From: Elusimicrobiota bacterium
GTDB lineage: Bacteria > Elusimicrobiota > Elusimicrobia > UBA1565 > UBA9628
Direction: 5' to 3'
NCBI GenBank assembly: GCA_028868375.1
Contig: JAGWUP010000008.1
Coordinates: 4,751 to 68,750, forward strand
DNA: 64,000 nucleotides
In this document: positions 52,654 through 61,551 of the stretch, piece after piece
Numbering within the stretch: the stretch's first letter is position 1
Layout of the letters: the number at the start of each line of letters is the position of its first letter
Program-made: the position numbers and the translations under genes
Notes under the pieces: model-generated
Seen by the model: the letters and a program-made list of their open reading frames with translations, nothing else
Told to the model about the DNA's origin: nothing
Database searches by the model: none

Positions 52654-53186
52654 GCCGCCTGCTGGCGGCCTGCCTCATCGCCGTCTCATTCTGCGGATGC
52701 CGCCGCCCGCGCCCCGTCTACGGCGCCCTGCCGGATTTCACGCTGACCGCCGTCTCCGCCGGAAGACCGGCCGCGCCCCTGCGCCGGCAGGACCTGCTCG
52801 GCCGCGTCTGGATCGCCGATTTCATCTATACCACCTGCTCCGGCCCCTGCCCCGCCCTCTCCGCCGAGATGGAGCGCCTGCAAAAGGAACTGCCGGACCG
52901 CGTCGGCTTGCTGAGCTTCACGGTCGACCCGGAGCACGACGACGCGGCGGTCCTGGCGGCCTACGCCAAGCGCTTCGGCGCCCGGCCCGCGCGCTGGCTC
53001 TTCGTCACCGGCCCCAAGGACGCCCTCTCCCGCCTGCTCCTCAAGGGCTTCCTGGTCTCCGGAGGCATGACCCACAGCACCCGCCTGGTGCTGCTCGACA
53101 GCCGAGCCCGCCTGCGCGGCTACTTCGACGGCCTGGACCCCGCCTCGCGGGCCGCGCTGCGCAAGGCCGCAGAAAGCCTGGATTAG
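52650..53186 (+). CDS. SCO1/SenC family copper chaperone / thiol-disulfide protein, lipoprotein-like
   Basis: CxxxC motif TCSGPCP in a thioredoxin-like context. N-terminal LIAVSFCGC lipobox-like sequence. Confidence 0.75.
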   Translation: MSRLLAACLIAVSFCGCRRPRPVYGALPDFTLTAVSAGRPAAPLRRQDLLGRVWIADFIYTTCSGPCPALSAEMERLQKELPDRVGLLSFTVDPEHDDAAVLAAYAKRFGARPARWLFVTGPKDALSRLLLKGFLVSGGMTHSTRLVLLDSRARLRGYFDGLDPASRAALRKAAESLD

Positions 53187-53290
53187 GCCGGTTAGGACCA
53201 TCGTCCCGGCCCGGTAGGCCGAAAGGCCTCTCCGCCCTGCCCCAAAGCCCCAGGTTTTAAGGGGGCTTCCCCCGTACAATACCCGTATCA

Positions 53291-55090
53291 ATGATCGAGG
53301 CACCATCGGGGAAATGCGCGTTGCTGGCGCTGCTCTTGGCGCTGCCGCTGCCGTCCGGCGCCGGGCCCCTCGAGGGCGGGCCGGCGCGCGACTTGGCGGC
53401 GGCGGGGCCTAAGGAAGGGCTTGCGCGCTGCGCGGCCTTGACCCCCGAGGCTCTCAACTCCCTTTTGGGCGTTCGCGGCAATCCCTATCAGGCCAATGCG
53501 CTGAGCGGCCTCTCCCTGCTGCTTGGCGAGAGCTCGCCGGCGGAGCCTGGGCGGGAGCGGGCCGAGCGATTGTTGGCGCAGGCCGTCTACGTGAAGATGC
53601 TCTCGCTGTCGGCGAATGCCCTGTCCGCGCGGGCGACGCTGCCCGGGATCGAGGGCAATCTCCGGAATCTCCGGTCCCTGGGGAGGATCTTCGGCGTTCC
53701 AAACGGCCTTCAAGGGATCGAGGGGCCGATGCGGCGCCGCGCCGACATGATGCGGTCGGCCCGAGCCTGGAACCGCGCCCGCTTGATGGCCGCGGCCCTG
53801 TCCGCGCAAACCGATGCCACCTCCGAGGCGGCGATGGCGCAGAGGCTGCGCGACCTGGCCGTCCACGGCGGCGATGAGGCCTTCCAAAACCACGTCGTCT
53901 CGGCTTTGGGCGCCCGCCTGGCCCGGCATTATTCGCATCGGGGCCGGATGGTGGAGCTCTACCTTTCCCATCTGCGCGATATCGAGCGGCGCAGCGCCCG
54001 GCCCGGCGTCAAGGCGGCCGTGGCGCGCGTCCTGTTGGCGGCTAACCCGCGCGACAGGCGAGGCCTAGCCATCGTCCGGCACGCGGGCGCCAGCGCGGCA
54101 GAGCCGGCGCAGGCGGGGGCGGTCCTTCGGCTCATCGAGGCGGCTTGGGATCGGGGGCATGGCGGCCATCTGCTCTACCAGGCCGGCCTGGCCGTCGAAT
54201 CGGCGCGGCTGGCGGGGATCGCCAAGCGCGGGGGCTCTGAACCGGATCCCCAAGCCGCAAGGCTGCGGCGGCGCCACGCGCTGGGCTACTGGTCGTTGGG
54301 CTTTTTCGCTTCCGGGTCGGCTGTCTTGGCGACGACAGTCGCCACGGCGTTGGCCCGCCGGCCGTTGCCCGAGTTCCGCGCGGCCGCAGCGGCGGTTCTC
54401 ATAGTTTTAGCCTTCAAAGCGTTCACGCGCCGGCGCGCCCTTTCCACGCCCGCCTATCCCTGGAAGGAGGAGGCGTACGCGGCGAGGGCGTCCCTGCAAA
54501 CCGCGGGCAACGGAGCGAGGCTTGAGGGTTTGGAGCGCGCGCTGTTGGCCTCGGCGTCGTCGCTCGATGCGGAAGCGGCAAGGCAGCGGTTGGATGAAGC
54601 GCTCGAGGCCATCAAGACCGCCGGGGAAACCGCTCCCGATCTCGAGAGCAAGGCCGCCATCCTCGGCTTGATCGAGAAGGCTTGGGATCGGCGCCCGGCC
54701 GATGACCATGACTATTCCCGCCGATTGAGCTCGGCCGCCCGCGCCATCGAGAGCTCGCGTCTGGCCCTGCTTGAGCAGCTTGGACTTCCCCTCCCGCAGC
54801 CGCAGCCGGACAGGAGGGCGCGCTGGTTGGCGTATGCGGGGCGGATCAAGCTTTATGCGAAGTTGTCCGCGCTCATGCTCGTTTCGGCGGGGCTTGCACT
54901 CTTCATGCGAACGCTGGCGCCGCCGTCCGTGGGCGTAGCGCTTGCCGCTCTGAGCTTGCTTTCAGGCGCCGCCTTCGCCTATCAGGCGTCGAGATATCTC
55001 AAGCGCCTCAGGGGGCTTCGCTACCCATGGCGGCAGGAGGCGCGCGCATCCTTCGTCCCCGGGGCAGGCGAGCCTATCTCAAGTCCCTGA
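53291..55090 (+). CDS. hypothetical secreted/membrane protein with an internal two-fold duplication (each unit: LIExAWDR..., TM hairpin, YPW(K/R)(E/Q)EA)
   Basis: Signal peptide MIEAPSGKCALLALLLALPLP. Repeat units around aa 270-400 and 460-590. Confidence 0.5.
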   Translation: MIEAPSGKCALLALLLALPLPSGAGPLEGGPARDLAAAGPKEGLARCAALTPEALNSLLGVRGNPYQANALSGLSLLLGESSPAEPGRERAERLLAQAVYVKMLSLSANALSARATLPGIEGNLRNLRSLGRIFGVPNGLQGIEGPMRRRADMMRSARAWNRARLMAAALSAQTDATSEAAMAQRLRDLAVHGGDEAFQNHVVSALGARLARHYSHRGRMVELYLSHLRDIERRSARPGVKAAVARVLLAANPRDRRGLAIVRHAGASAAEPAQAGAVLRLIEAAWDRGHGGHLLYQAGLAVESARLAGIAKRGGSEPDPQAARLRRRHALGYWSLGFFASGSAVLATTVATALARRPLPEFRAAAAAVLIVLAFKAFTRRRALSTPAYPWKEEAYAARASLQTAGNGARLEGLERALLASASSLDAEAARQRLDEALEAIKTAGETAPDLESKAAILGLIEKAWDRRPADDHDYSRRLSSAARAIESSRLALLEQLGLPLPQPQPDRRARWLAYAGRIKLYAKLSALMLVSAGLALFMRTLAPPSVGVALAALSLLSGAAFAYQASRYLKRLRGLRYPWRQEARASFVPGAGEPISSP

Positions 55091-56582
55091 CGGCCTTGCG
55101 CCAGGCGCGATAGAGGGGGGTCGGGCGGCCGGAGTCGGGCAGCATTTGCTCTAGGGCCTGCGACCAGAAGACGCCGCCCAGGCAGCGCTCGAGGCCGCAA
55201 GAGGCGGGGGTGAGCCAAGCCAGCAGGTCCGCGCGGGCCGGCGCGCTCTCGGCGTCGCCCCACCAGTAACCCGGCGCGGGGCCGTCGGAGTAGCCCAGGC
55301 TTCCCAGCATCAAGGGCTTGCCGGGCAGCGCGCGCGCCAGGATGGCGAAGGCGCGCTCGAGCGACATGCCGACCGGGCTGTCGCGGGGCCAGAGGCTCAG
55401 GGCGACGACGTCGACGTTCTTGCCGAAGCCCAGGGGGACGTAGTTGGCCAGCCAGCCTTGCAGGGAATGCTCGGCGTCGGGGGAGGCGCCCTCCCACCAG
55501 TACAGCGTGTCGACGACCTCGATTTTGGGATCGAGCTCCTTGACTTGCGCCGAGGCGGCCGAGACGATGTCGTAGACGCGCCGCGCCGGCAGGGCTTGGC
55601 CCCGGCCGCCCAGCCAGTCCCCGTTGAGCTCGCTGCCGAGCTCCCAGCTCCCAATCCGTCCTTTATAATGCCGCACGAGATCGAGCGCCCTCCGGGAGTA
55701 GAGCTCGGGGGTGAGGCCCGCAGGCCATTGGGTGGAATCCAGCACGCAGCCCATCACGCGCAGCCCGGAGTCGTCGAGGGCGCGGACGATTGCGTCGTAC
55801 TCGTTGAAGGAGGCTTGGCGCTCGTAGGCGAAGTCTCCGGGATTAAGGCGAAAGACCAGGCGCGCCCAGTTGGCCCCGGAGCGGCGGACTTCCTTGACGA
55901 TCCAGCGGTACTGCCGGATGCGGTCGACCATGGAGCCGTCCAGGGTCAGGCCCAGGCGCAGCGCGCCGCCGGCTTTCGAGCGGGCGCGCTGCCGGCCGCA
56001 GTCGACCTGCAGCGCGCGCCAAGCTTGGGAGGTGGCGGACAGCGACCGGCCGAAGAGGCGGGCGCGCTCCGGCGGATTTTCGCCCGCGTCGGCCCTGGCG
56101 ACGGCGTCGCGCGCGGCTTGGGCCAGGCGCAGCGCTTGGCGGCCGGGCTTGCAGCCGGAGGCCTCGTGGCGAAGCCGCGCCTCCTTGAAGAGCCGGTACT
56201 GCGTCAGGGCCAGTTCCTCGTTGAGGCGGATCGTCTCGCCGTCCGCGATGCCCCGCCCGCCGCGATCGACCAGGAGCGTCGAGAAGCCCTCCGCCGGCAG
56301 GGGCCAGGGCAGGCTGAGGATGAGGCGGGGCGGCCCGTCCCAGGACAGCGCGATGCCCTGCTTGTCCTGCGACAGCTTGGGCCTGGACAGTATCGTCCCG
56401 TCCGGGGCCAGGCCCCAGAGGGCCGGGATTGCGCCGTCGCCGCGGCCGATGAAGGCGGCCAGGGCGGAGGCGTCCAGCGGCCGGCCGTCGTTGTCGAAGG
56501 CCAAGAGATGGGCCGAGCATGGGCGGGCGGCGGCGGGAGCCGGCGCGGCCAGGGCCGCGCAGAGCCAGAGGGCCAGGCTCAC
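55074..56582 (-). CDS. secreted TIM-barrel glycoside-hydrolase-like protein (clan GH-A-like), GTG start
   Basis: Signal peptide VSLALWLCAALAAPAPAAA. SWELGSELNGDW resembles the GH5/GH26 acid/base strand. The real start is GTG 56582, overlapping the upstream stop (GTGA); the 713-aa track ORF is a merge. Confidence 0.5.
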   Translation of the reverse strand: MSLALWLCAALAAPAPAAARPCSAHLLAFDNDGRPLDASALAAFIGRGDGAIPALWGLAPDGTILSRPKLSQDKQGIALSWDGPPRLILSLPWPLPAEGFSTLLVDRGGRGIADGETIRLNEELALTQYRLFKEARLRHEASGCKPGRQALRLAQAARDAVARADAGENPPERARLFGRSLSATSQAWRALQVDCGRQRARSKAGGALRLGLTLDGSMVDRIRQYRWIVKEVRRSGANWARLVFRLNPGDFAYERQASFNEYDAIVRALDDSGLRVMGCVLDSTQWPAGLTPELYSRRALDLVRHYKGRIGSWELGSELNGDWLGGRGQALPARRVYDIVSAASAQVKELDPKIEVVDTLYWWEGASPDAEHSLQGWLANYVPLGFGKNVDVVALSLWPRDSPVGMSLERAFAILARALPGKPLMLGSLGYSDGPAPGYWWGDAESAPARADLLAWLTPASCGLERCLGGVFWSQALEQMLPDSGRPTPLYRAWRKAVRDLR

Positions 56583-57223
56583 CGGTAGCGGCGGCGCCGC
56601 CAGGCTTGCTTGAGCTCGAAGGCGTGCTCGCCGCCGTAGAAGAGGGCGTAGTTGACCAGGCCGCTGACGACGGCCAGGCGGTCGACGTAGCCTCCGAAGA
56701 GCAGTATCCAGGCGATGCAGGCCCAGACCACCGCGCCGATCCAGCGGATCTTGACCGGGATGACGAAGAAGAGCAGGATGCGCACCTCGGGGCTCTCGCG
56801 CGCGAAGGCCAAAAACAGGCTCGTCACGAACATCCCGCTGCCCAGCGCCACGCCCACCGCGGTCGAGGCCGCGGCGATCGTCAAGGCGCCCAGCAGCACG
56901 TACAGCGTCAGGCGGAAGGAGCCCCACGATCGCTCCAGGCCGCTCAGGTAGGAGAAGTACAGCAACAGCCAGAAGAACAGCAGCAGGGCGGACAAGTCGG
57001 GGGGGACCAGGACGAAGGTCAGCATGCGCCAGATTTGCCCGCGCAGGACCAGGGAGGGCTCGAGCAGCAGTTGCGCGGGGAACTCCGGCTTGACGTAGGT
57101 CAGCACCGCGCAGAGCACGTTCATGCCCGCCAGGAAGGCGGCGAGGTCCGGGATTTCCAGGAAACGCAGCGGTCGCTCCAGCCGGTCGACCCAGCGCGCT
57201 GTCATGAAGCCGCATAATAACAT
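56579..57223 (-). CDS. polytopic membrane protein (214 aa), hypothetical
   Basis: Six or more hydrophobic helices. Coupled to the downstream GH-like gene. Confidence 0.5.
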   Translation of the reverse strand: MLLCGFMTARWVDRLERPLRFLEIPDLAAFLAGMNVLCAVLTYVKPEFPAQLLLEPSLVLRGQIWRMLTFVLVPPDLSALLLFFWLLLYFSYLSGLERSWGSFRLTLYVLLGALTIAAASTAVGVALGSGMFVTSLFLAFARESPEVRILLFFVIPVKIRWIGAVVWACIAWILLFGGYVDRLAVVSGLVNYALFYGGEHAFELKQAWRRRRYR

Positions 57224-57241
57224 AAATGGTAAGATGCGCCG

Positions 57242-58144
57242 GTGCCGCGGGAATGGGCCGTCGAGCTCAAGAAAAAGTTGCCGCAGGCGAGGCTCGATGA
57301 ACCCCTGGCGCGCTACACCACCTTCCGCATCGGCGGCCCCGCCGACGCCTACGTGGAGTTGGGCTGCCGCGCCGAGCTGCGCCTTCTGCTGGAGTGCTGC
57401 CGCCGCTACGGCGCGGCGCTGACCGTCCTCGGCTTCGGCTCGAACCTCCTCGTGCGCGACCGCGGGGTGCGCGGGGTCGTGGCGCGGCTGCGCGGGGAGT
57501 TCGAGTCCGTGGAGTTCCTGCCCGATCGGCGCGCGCGCTGCGGGGCCGGGGTGCGGATGCCGCGGCTGGTGACCCTCTGCGCCGAACGCGGGCTGGGCGG
57601 CCTTGAGCCGCTGGTCGGCGTGCCCGGGACGCTCGGCGGCGCGCTCGTGATGAACGCCGGCACGCGCGAGGGGGAGATCGGAGCGCTGGTCGAGGAGGTC
57701 GAGGCCCTCGATCCGGCCCGGGCGTCCGAGCTGCGCCTGGCCGGAAGCGAGCTGAGCTTCGGCTATCGCAGCAGCAACCTCGCCGGCTTGGTCGTGACCG
57801 CCGGGCTGCTTCGATTGAAGGCCGCAGGCAAAGCTGATATAATGGACCGCGTTTCAAGGCTTCAGCAGAGACGCTCCCGGACGCAACCGATACACACTTT
57901 CAACGTGGGCTCAACCTTCAAGAATCCTCCCGGCCAGTTCGCCGCGCGGCTCATCGAGCAGGCCGGGCTCAAGGGTGCCTCCGTGGGCGGCGCGCGTCTC
58001 TCCCCCTTGCACGCCAATTTTATCGAGAACTTCGGCGCGGCCAGCGCGAAGGACGTCCTGGCCCTGGTCGATCGGGTGCGCGCCGCGGTGCTGCGCGACA
58101 GCGGAGTCGCGCTCGAGCTCGAGATGAAGGTCATCGGTGAGTAG
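57242..58144 (+). CDS. murB: UDP-N-acetylenolpyruvoylglucosamine reductase
   Basis: LARYTTFRIGGPADAY, GFGSNLLV, and ELEMKVIGE C-terminus. Confidence 0.85.
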   Translation: MPREWAVELKKKLPQARLDEPLARYTTFRIGGPADAYVELGCRAELRLLLECCRRYGAALTVLGFGSNLLVRDRGVRGVVARLRGEFESVEFLPDRRARCGAGVRMPRLVTLCAERGLGGLEPLVGVPGTLGGALVMNAGTREGEIGALVEEVEALDPARASELRLAGSELSFGYRSSNLAGLVVTAGLLRLKAAGKADIMDRVSRLQQRRSRTQPIHTFNVGSTFKNPPGQFAARLIEQAGLKGASVGGARLSPLHANFIENFGAASAKDVLALVDRVRAAVLRDSGVALELEMKVIGE

Positions 58145-58943
58145 GCGGGCCCGCGTGCGGGTCAGCCTGCGGCCCAGGCAGCGCCGGCGCCGCAATCATC
58201 TGGCGCTGGCCCTCGCCGCGGCGGCGCTGCTGGGGGTCGCGGCCGCATCCGCCCTGCGCCACGACGCCGGCGGCATCGACGGTTCCTTGGCACGCTTGCA
58301 TCGCGCGCTTACGCCGGCCGCGACACGGCTGGAACTGTCCTGCCCCATCGAGCGCGTCCGCCGTTCCGCAGCCGGGCTCCTCGCCTCGCGGGGCCGGCTG
58401 TCTCCCGCCGCGGCCGCCGCCGCCATCCGGCGGAGCTTCCCGTATCTGCGCGTCGTCGTTCGCCGCCATTGGCTGCGGCGCGCGGCAAGCCTGGAGCTGT
58501 CCCTGCGCGCGGCCGTGGCCGTGACGGCCGCCCCGGGAGCGCGCCGGGACTATCTGTCGGACGACGGAATCGTCTTCGGCGCGCCGGGGGGGCTCTACGC
58601 GCTCGCCGCTCCCTTGGTGGAGACCGCGCGGGCCTCCCCGGCCCAGTTGCGCGAGGCCTCGGCCATCTGCGAGCAGGCGGCCGAGCCGGGCGCCCTTCCC
58701 TCGCCGCTCCAATCCCTGCGCCTGGCCGCCTCTCCGCAGGACGGCTGGGCGGCCCGCTTGGCCGACGGCACCGAGGTTCTTTTCGGGGACGGGCGCTGGC
58801 TGGGCCAGAAGTTTTCCAGGCTCAATCAGGTCCTGGCCGACGCGCGCGCGCGCCCCGCCGTGGCGCCGCCCTTCACGGCGGACTTGCGTTATTTCGGGGA
58901 CGGCAAGATTCTTCTTCGACCTTTAGGACCTGCGTCGCAATAA
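58137..58943 (+). CDS. ftsQ: cell division protein FtsQ/DivIB-like (N-terminal TM + POTRA)
   Basis: Position between murB and ftsA. TM LALALAAAALLGVAAASAL. POTRA-like IRRSFPYLRVVVRRHWLRRAASLELSL. GTG start overlapping murB by 8 nt. Confidence 0.6.
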   Translation: MSRRARVRVSLRPRQRRRRNHLALALAAAALLGVAAASALRHDAGGIDGSLARLHRALTPAATRLELSCPIERVRRSAAGLLASRGRLSPAAAAAAIRRSFPYLRVVVRRHWLRRAASLELSLRAAVAVTAAPGARRDYLSDDGIVFGAPGGLYALAAPLVETARASPAQLREASAICEQAAEPGALPSPLQSLRLAASPQDGWAARLADGTEVLFGDGRWLGQKFSRLNQVLADARARPAVAPPFTADLRYFGDGKILLRPLGPASQ

Positions 58944-59153
58944 TATGATGATTTTGGACGGGCGCTTTTGTAGCGAGACAAGGAGCGACGAGCGATGTGG
59001 GCGCAACCCAAAAGCGTCCGTCCCCTTCGGGGCGACCCGATGCCGGCCGATTTCATCGTTGCTCGTCGGTCACATGGCCTGCGGCCATGCTCCCTCCTCG
59101 CGCCTCGAAATCGCCACGGACTCGGGTCGCCAAAATGATCATATTATTGCGAC
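58934..59153. repeat. ~220-bp element bounded by a 24-bp near-perfect inverted repeat (GTCGCAATAATATGATGATTTTGG / CCAAAATGATCATATTATTGCGAC) in the ftsQ-ftsA intergenic region; contains nested stems and a CCCC-UUCG-GGGG tetraloop hairpin
   Basis: 23/24 complementary arms. The left arm overlaps the ftsQ TAA. It shares the CGCAATAAYATGA...TCATRTTATTGCG termini and its length with the element at 14131-14349. Confidence 0.5.
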
Positions 59154-59176
59154 GCAGCTCCTTAGCGAGGTGATCG

Positions 59177-60424
59177 ATGGCTAGCTCCAAACAGGATGTC
59201 GTCGCGGGTCTGGACATGGGCAGCGGGCGGGTGACCTGCCTTATCGGCGCCGGCGACGAGGCGGGCTGCATGCACGTGCTGGGAGGCTCCAGCGTCTCCT
59301 GCCGCGGCGGCCTCAACGGCGGAGTCGTCGTCAACATCATGGAGACCGCAAACGCCGTGACCCAGGCCGTGGAGGAGGCGGAGGCCCAGGCCAAGCGGGA
59401 GGTGCGCAACGTCTTTCTCGGGGTGCGCGGACACCACCTTCAATCCTTCAACAATCGCGGGGCCTTCAACATCGCCCGCACCGACAAGGAGATCACCGCC
59501 GAGGACGTGGACTCCGTCATCGCCAACGCGAAGGCGGTCCCGCTTTCCTCCGACCGCGAGATCCTGCACGTCCTGCCGCAGAGCTTCTCCTTGGACCGGC
59601 AGCGCGGCATCCCGCACCCCGTGGGCATGGAGGGCTCCCTCTTGGAGGTCGACGTCCATATCGTCACCGCCGCCTCCGGGCACCTCAACAACCTCATCAA
59701 GACCGTCGCCAAGGCGGGCTTCGAGGTCGTCGAGCCGGTCTACAGCCTGCTCGCCTCGGGAGAGATGCTGGTCACCGCGGAGGAAAAGGAGCTGGGCTGC
59801 CTGCTGGTGGATTTGGGAGGGCAGTCGGTGTCGATCGGGGTCTACGCGGAGGGCAGCATCCGCTACTCCAAGGAGCTGCCGATCGGCTCCGATTTCATCA
59901 CCAAGGATCTCGCCATCGGCCTGCGGACCTCCCTGCTGACGGCGGAGAAGATCAAGGTGGAGCACGGCATCGCCCATCCCTCGCTGCTCAACGGCGACGA
60001 TGAAATCGAGTTCCGGGGCCCGGACGGGCGCACGGCGCAATCGGTCAAGACCAGCTATATGATGAACCTCATCCTGCCGCGCGTCGAGGAGATCTTCTCG
60101 GTGATCGAGGAAGAGCTGCAGGCCTCCTCCTACGCCGACGTGGTCGTCCCGGGAGGGCTGATCCTGACCGGCGGCGGCGCGCTGATGCGCGGCACCCTAC
60201 AGGCCGCCGAGCAGATCCTGCGCATGCCGGTGCGCCTGGGCTTGCCGCATCCCGACGCCATCGTCGCCGAGGACCAGTGGCTGACTCCCACCTACGCCAC
60301 CGCGATGGGCCTGCTGGGCTATTCCAGGCATCTGCGCTACGGCCTGACCAACGCGCGCCAGACCGACCGCAAGAAGCCGGTCTGGATGCGGAAGCTCTCC
60401 GCCGTCTTCGAGGACCTATTCTGA
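59177..60424 (+). CDS. ftsA: cell division protein FtsA
   Basis: VVAGLDMGSGRV actin-like phosphate-1 motif. Full-length actin-fold ATPase. AGGTGA Shine-Dalgarno. Confidence 0.9.
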   Translation: MASSKQDVVAGLDMGSGRVTCLIGAGDEAGCMHVLGGSSVSCRGGLNGGVVVNIMETANAVTQAVEEAEAQAKREVRNVFLGVRGHHLQSFNNRGAFNIARTDKEITAEDVDSVIANAKAVPLSSDREILHVLPQSFSLDRQRGIPHPVGMEGSLLEVDVHIVTAASGHLNNLIKTVAKAGFEVVEPVYSLLASGEMLVTAEEKELGCLLVDLGGQSVSIGVYAEGSIRYSKELPIGSDFITKDLAIGLRTSLLTAEKIKVEHGIAHPSLLNGDDEIEFRGPDGRTAQSVKTSYMMNLILPRVEEIFSVIEEELQASSYADVVVPGGLILTGGGALMRGTLQAAEQILRMPVRLGLPHPDAIVAEDQWLTPTYATAMGLLGYSRHLRYGLTNARQTDRKKPVWMRKLSAVFEDLF

Positions 60425-61551
60425 TGCGCATCCAAGTGTCCAGGGATTTCTCCTCCGTCCGGGCCGTCATCAAGGTCATCGGCGTCGGGGGGGCCGGCGG
60501 CAACGCGATCAACCGGATGGCGGAGGCCGGCATCCAGGGCGTGGAGCTGATCGCGGCCAACTCGGACGCCCAGGACCTGCGGCGCAACTTGGCCGAGGTC
60601 AAGATCCAGGTCGGTTCCGAGGGCTTGGGCGTGGGCGGCGACCCCTCCAAGGGCCGCTCCGCGATGCTGCAGACGGAGGAGGAGGTCCGGGAATATCTGC
60701 AGGGCGCCAATCTGGTCTTCGTCACCGCCGGCATGGGCGGCGGCACAGGCACCGGGGGTGCCCCGATCGTCGCCCGCCTGGCCAAGGAGATGGGGGCCTT
60801 GACGATCGGCGTGGTCACCAGGCCCTTCGAGTTCGAGAAGCTCAACCGCGCCGCCATCGCCGACCAGGGCATCCAGGAGATGCGGCAGAACGTCGACACC
60901 CTGCTGGTGATCCCCAACCAGAGGCTGCTCGAGATCATCGACCACGACACGACGGCCGACGCCGCCTTCAAGCTGGCCGACGACGTGCTGCTGCGCTCCA
61001 TCCGCTCGATCTCGGACGTGCTGACGAGCTCCGGCCAGATCAACATGGACTTAAACGACCTGCGCGCCATCATGAAGGACGCCGGCGACGCCTTGATCGG
61101 CATGGGCGAGGCCAGCGGCCTGGGGCGGGCGCTGAAGGCCGCGAAGGCCGCGGTCCAGTCGCCTCTCCTGGAGAACGTCGTGATGGACGGCGCCAAGGGC
61201 TTGATCATCAACATCACCGGCTCCAAGGCCGGAGCGGCCAGCCTCAAGCTCTCGGAGATCGAGGAGGCGACTGCCTACATCACCGGCGCCGCCAGCCCGG
61301 ACGCCAAGACCAAGCCCGGCTACGCCTACGACGACGCCCTGGCCGACGCCATCCGGATCACGGTGATCGCCACCGGCTTTCCGGCCCGGCGGCGCAGCCT
61401 GGCCCGCCTCGGCCACCGCGCGGGCTCCGCGCTCGCGCCCAGGGCCCCCAGGCATCCGCTGGACGCCGAGCCCGCCCGCGGCGCGGCCAGCCCTCCGGAG
61501 GATTGGTCCAAGCCCGCGTTCATGAGATTGAAGGTGAGGAGGCTTAAATAG
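60424..61551 (+). CDS. ftsZ: cell division GTPase FtsZ
   Basis: IKVIGVGGAGGNAINRM and GGGTGTGGAP tubulin signature. The ATG overlaps the ftsA TGA. The upstream 49 codons of the ORF-track call are not translated. Confidence 0.9.
   Translation: MRIQVSRDFSSVRAVIKVIGVGGAGGNAINRMAEAGIQGVELIAANSDAQDLRRNLAEVKIQVGSEGLGVGGDPSKGRSAMLQTEEEVREYLQGANLVFVTAGMGGGTGTGGAPIVARLAKEMGALTIGVVTRPFEFEKLNRAAIADQGIQEMRQNVDTLLVIPNQRLLEIIDHDTTADAAFKLADDVLLRSIRSISDVLTSSGQINMDLNDLRAIMKDAGDALIGMGEASGLGRALKAAKAAVQSPLLENVVMDGAKGLIINITGSKAGAASLKLSEIEEATAYITGAASPDAKTKPGYAYDDALADAIRITVIATGFPARRRSLARLGHRAGSALAPRAPRHPLDAEPARGAASPPEDWSKPAFMRLKVRRLK

Noticed and set aside
53186-53230. AGGCC-GAAA-GGCCT hairpin after the SCO gene as an intrinsic terminator
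   Set aside because: The stem is only 5 bp and lacks a downstream U-tract. It is too weak to call.
55074-57215. 713-aa track ORF
   Set aside because: Its N-terminal half is the off-frame shadow of the membrane protein at 56579-57223. The real gene starts at GTG 56582 with a signal peptide.
60277-60423. 49-codon N-terminal extension of ftsZ in the ORF track
   Set aside because: It overlaps the ftsA C-terminus. FtsZ homologs begin at MRIQVS... (60424), with an ATG overlapping the ftsA stop.
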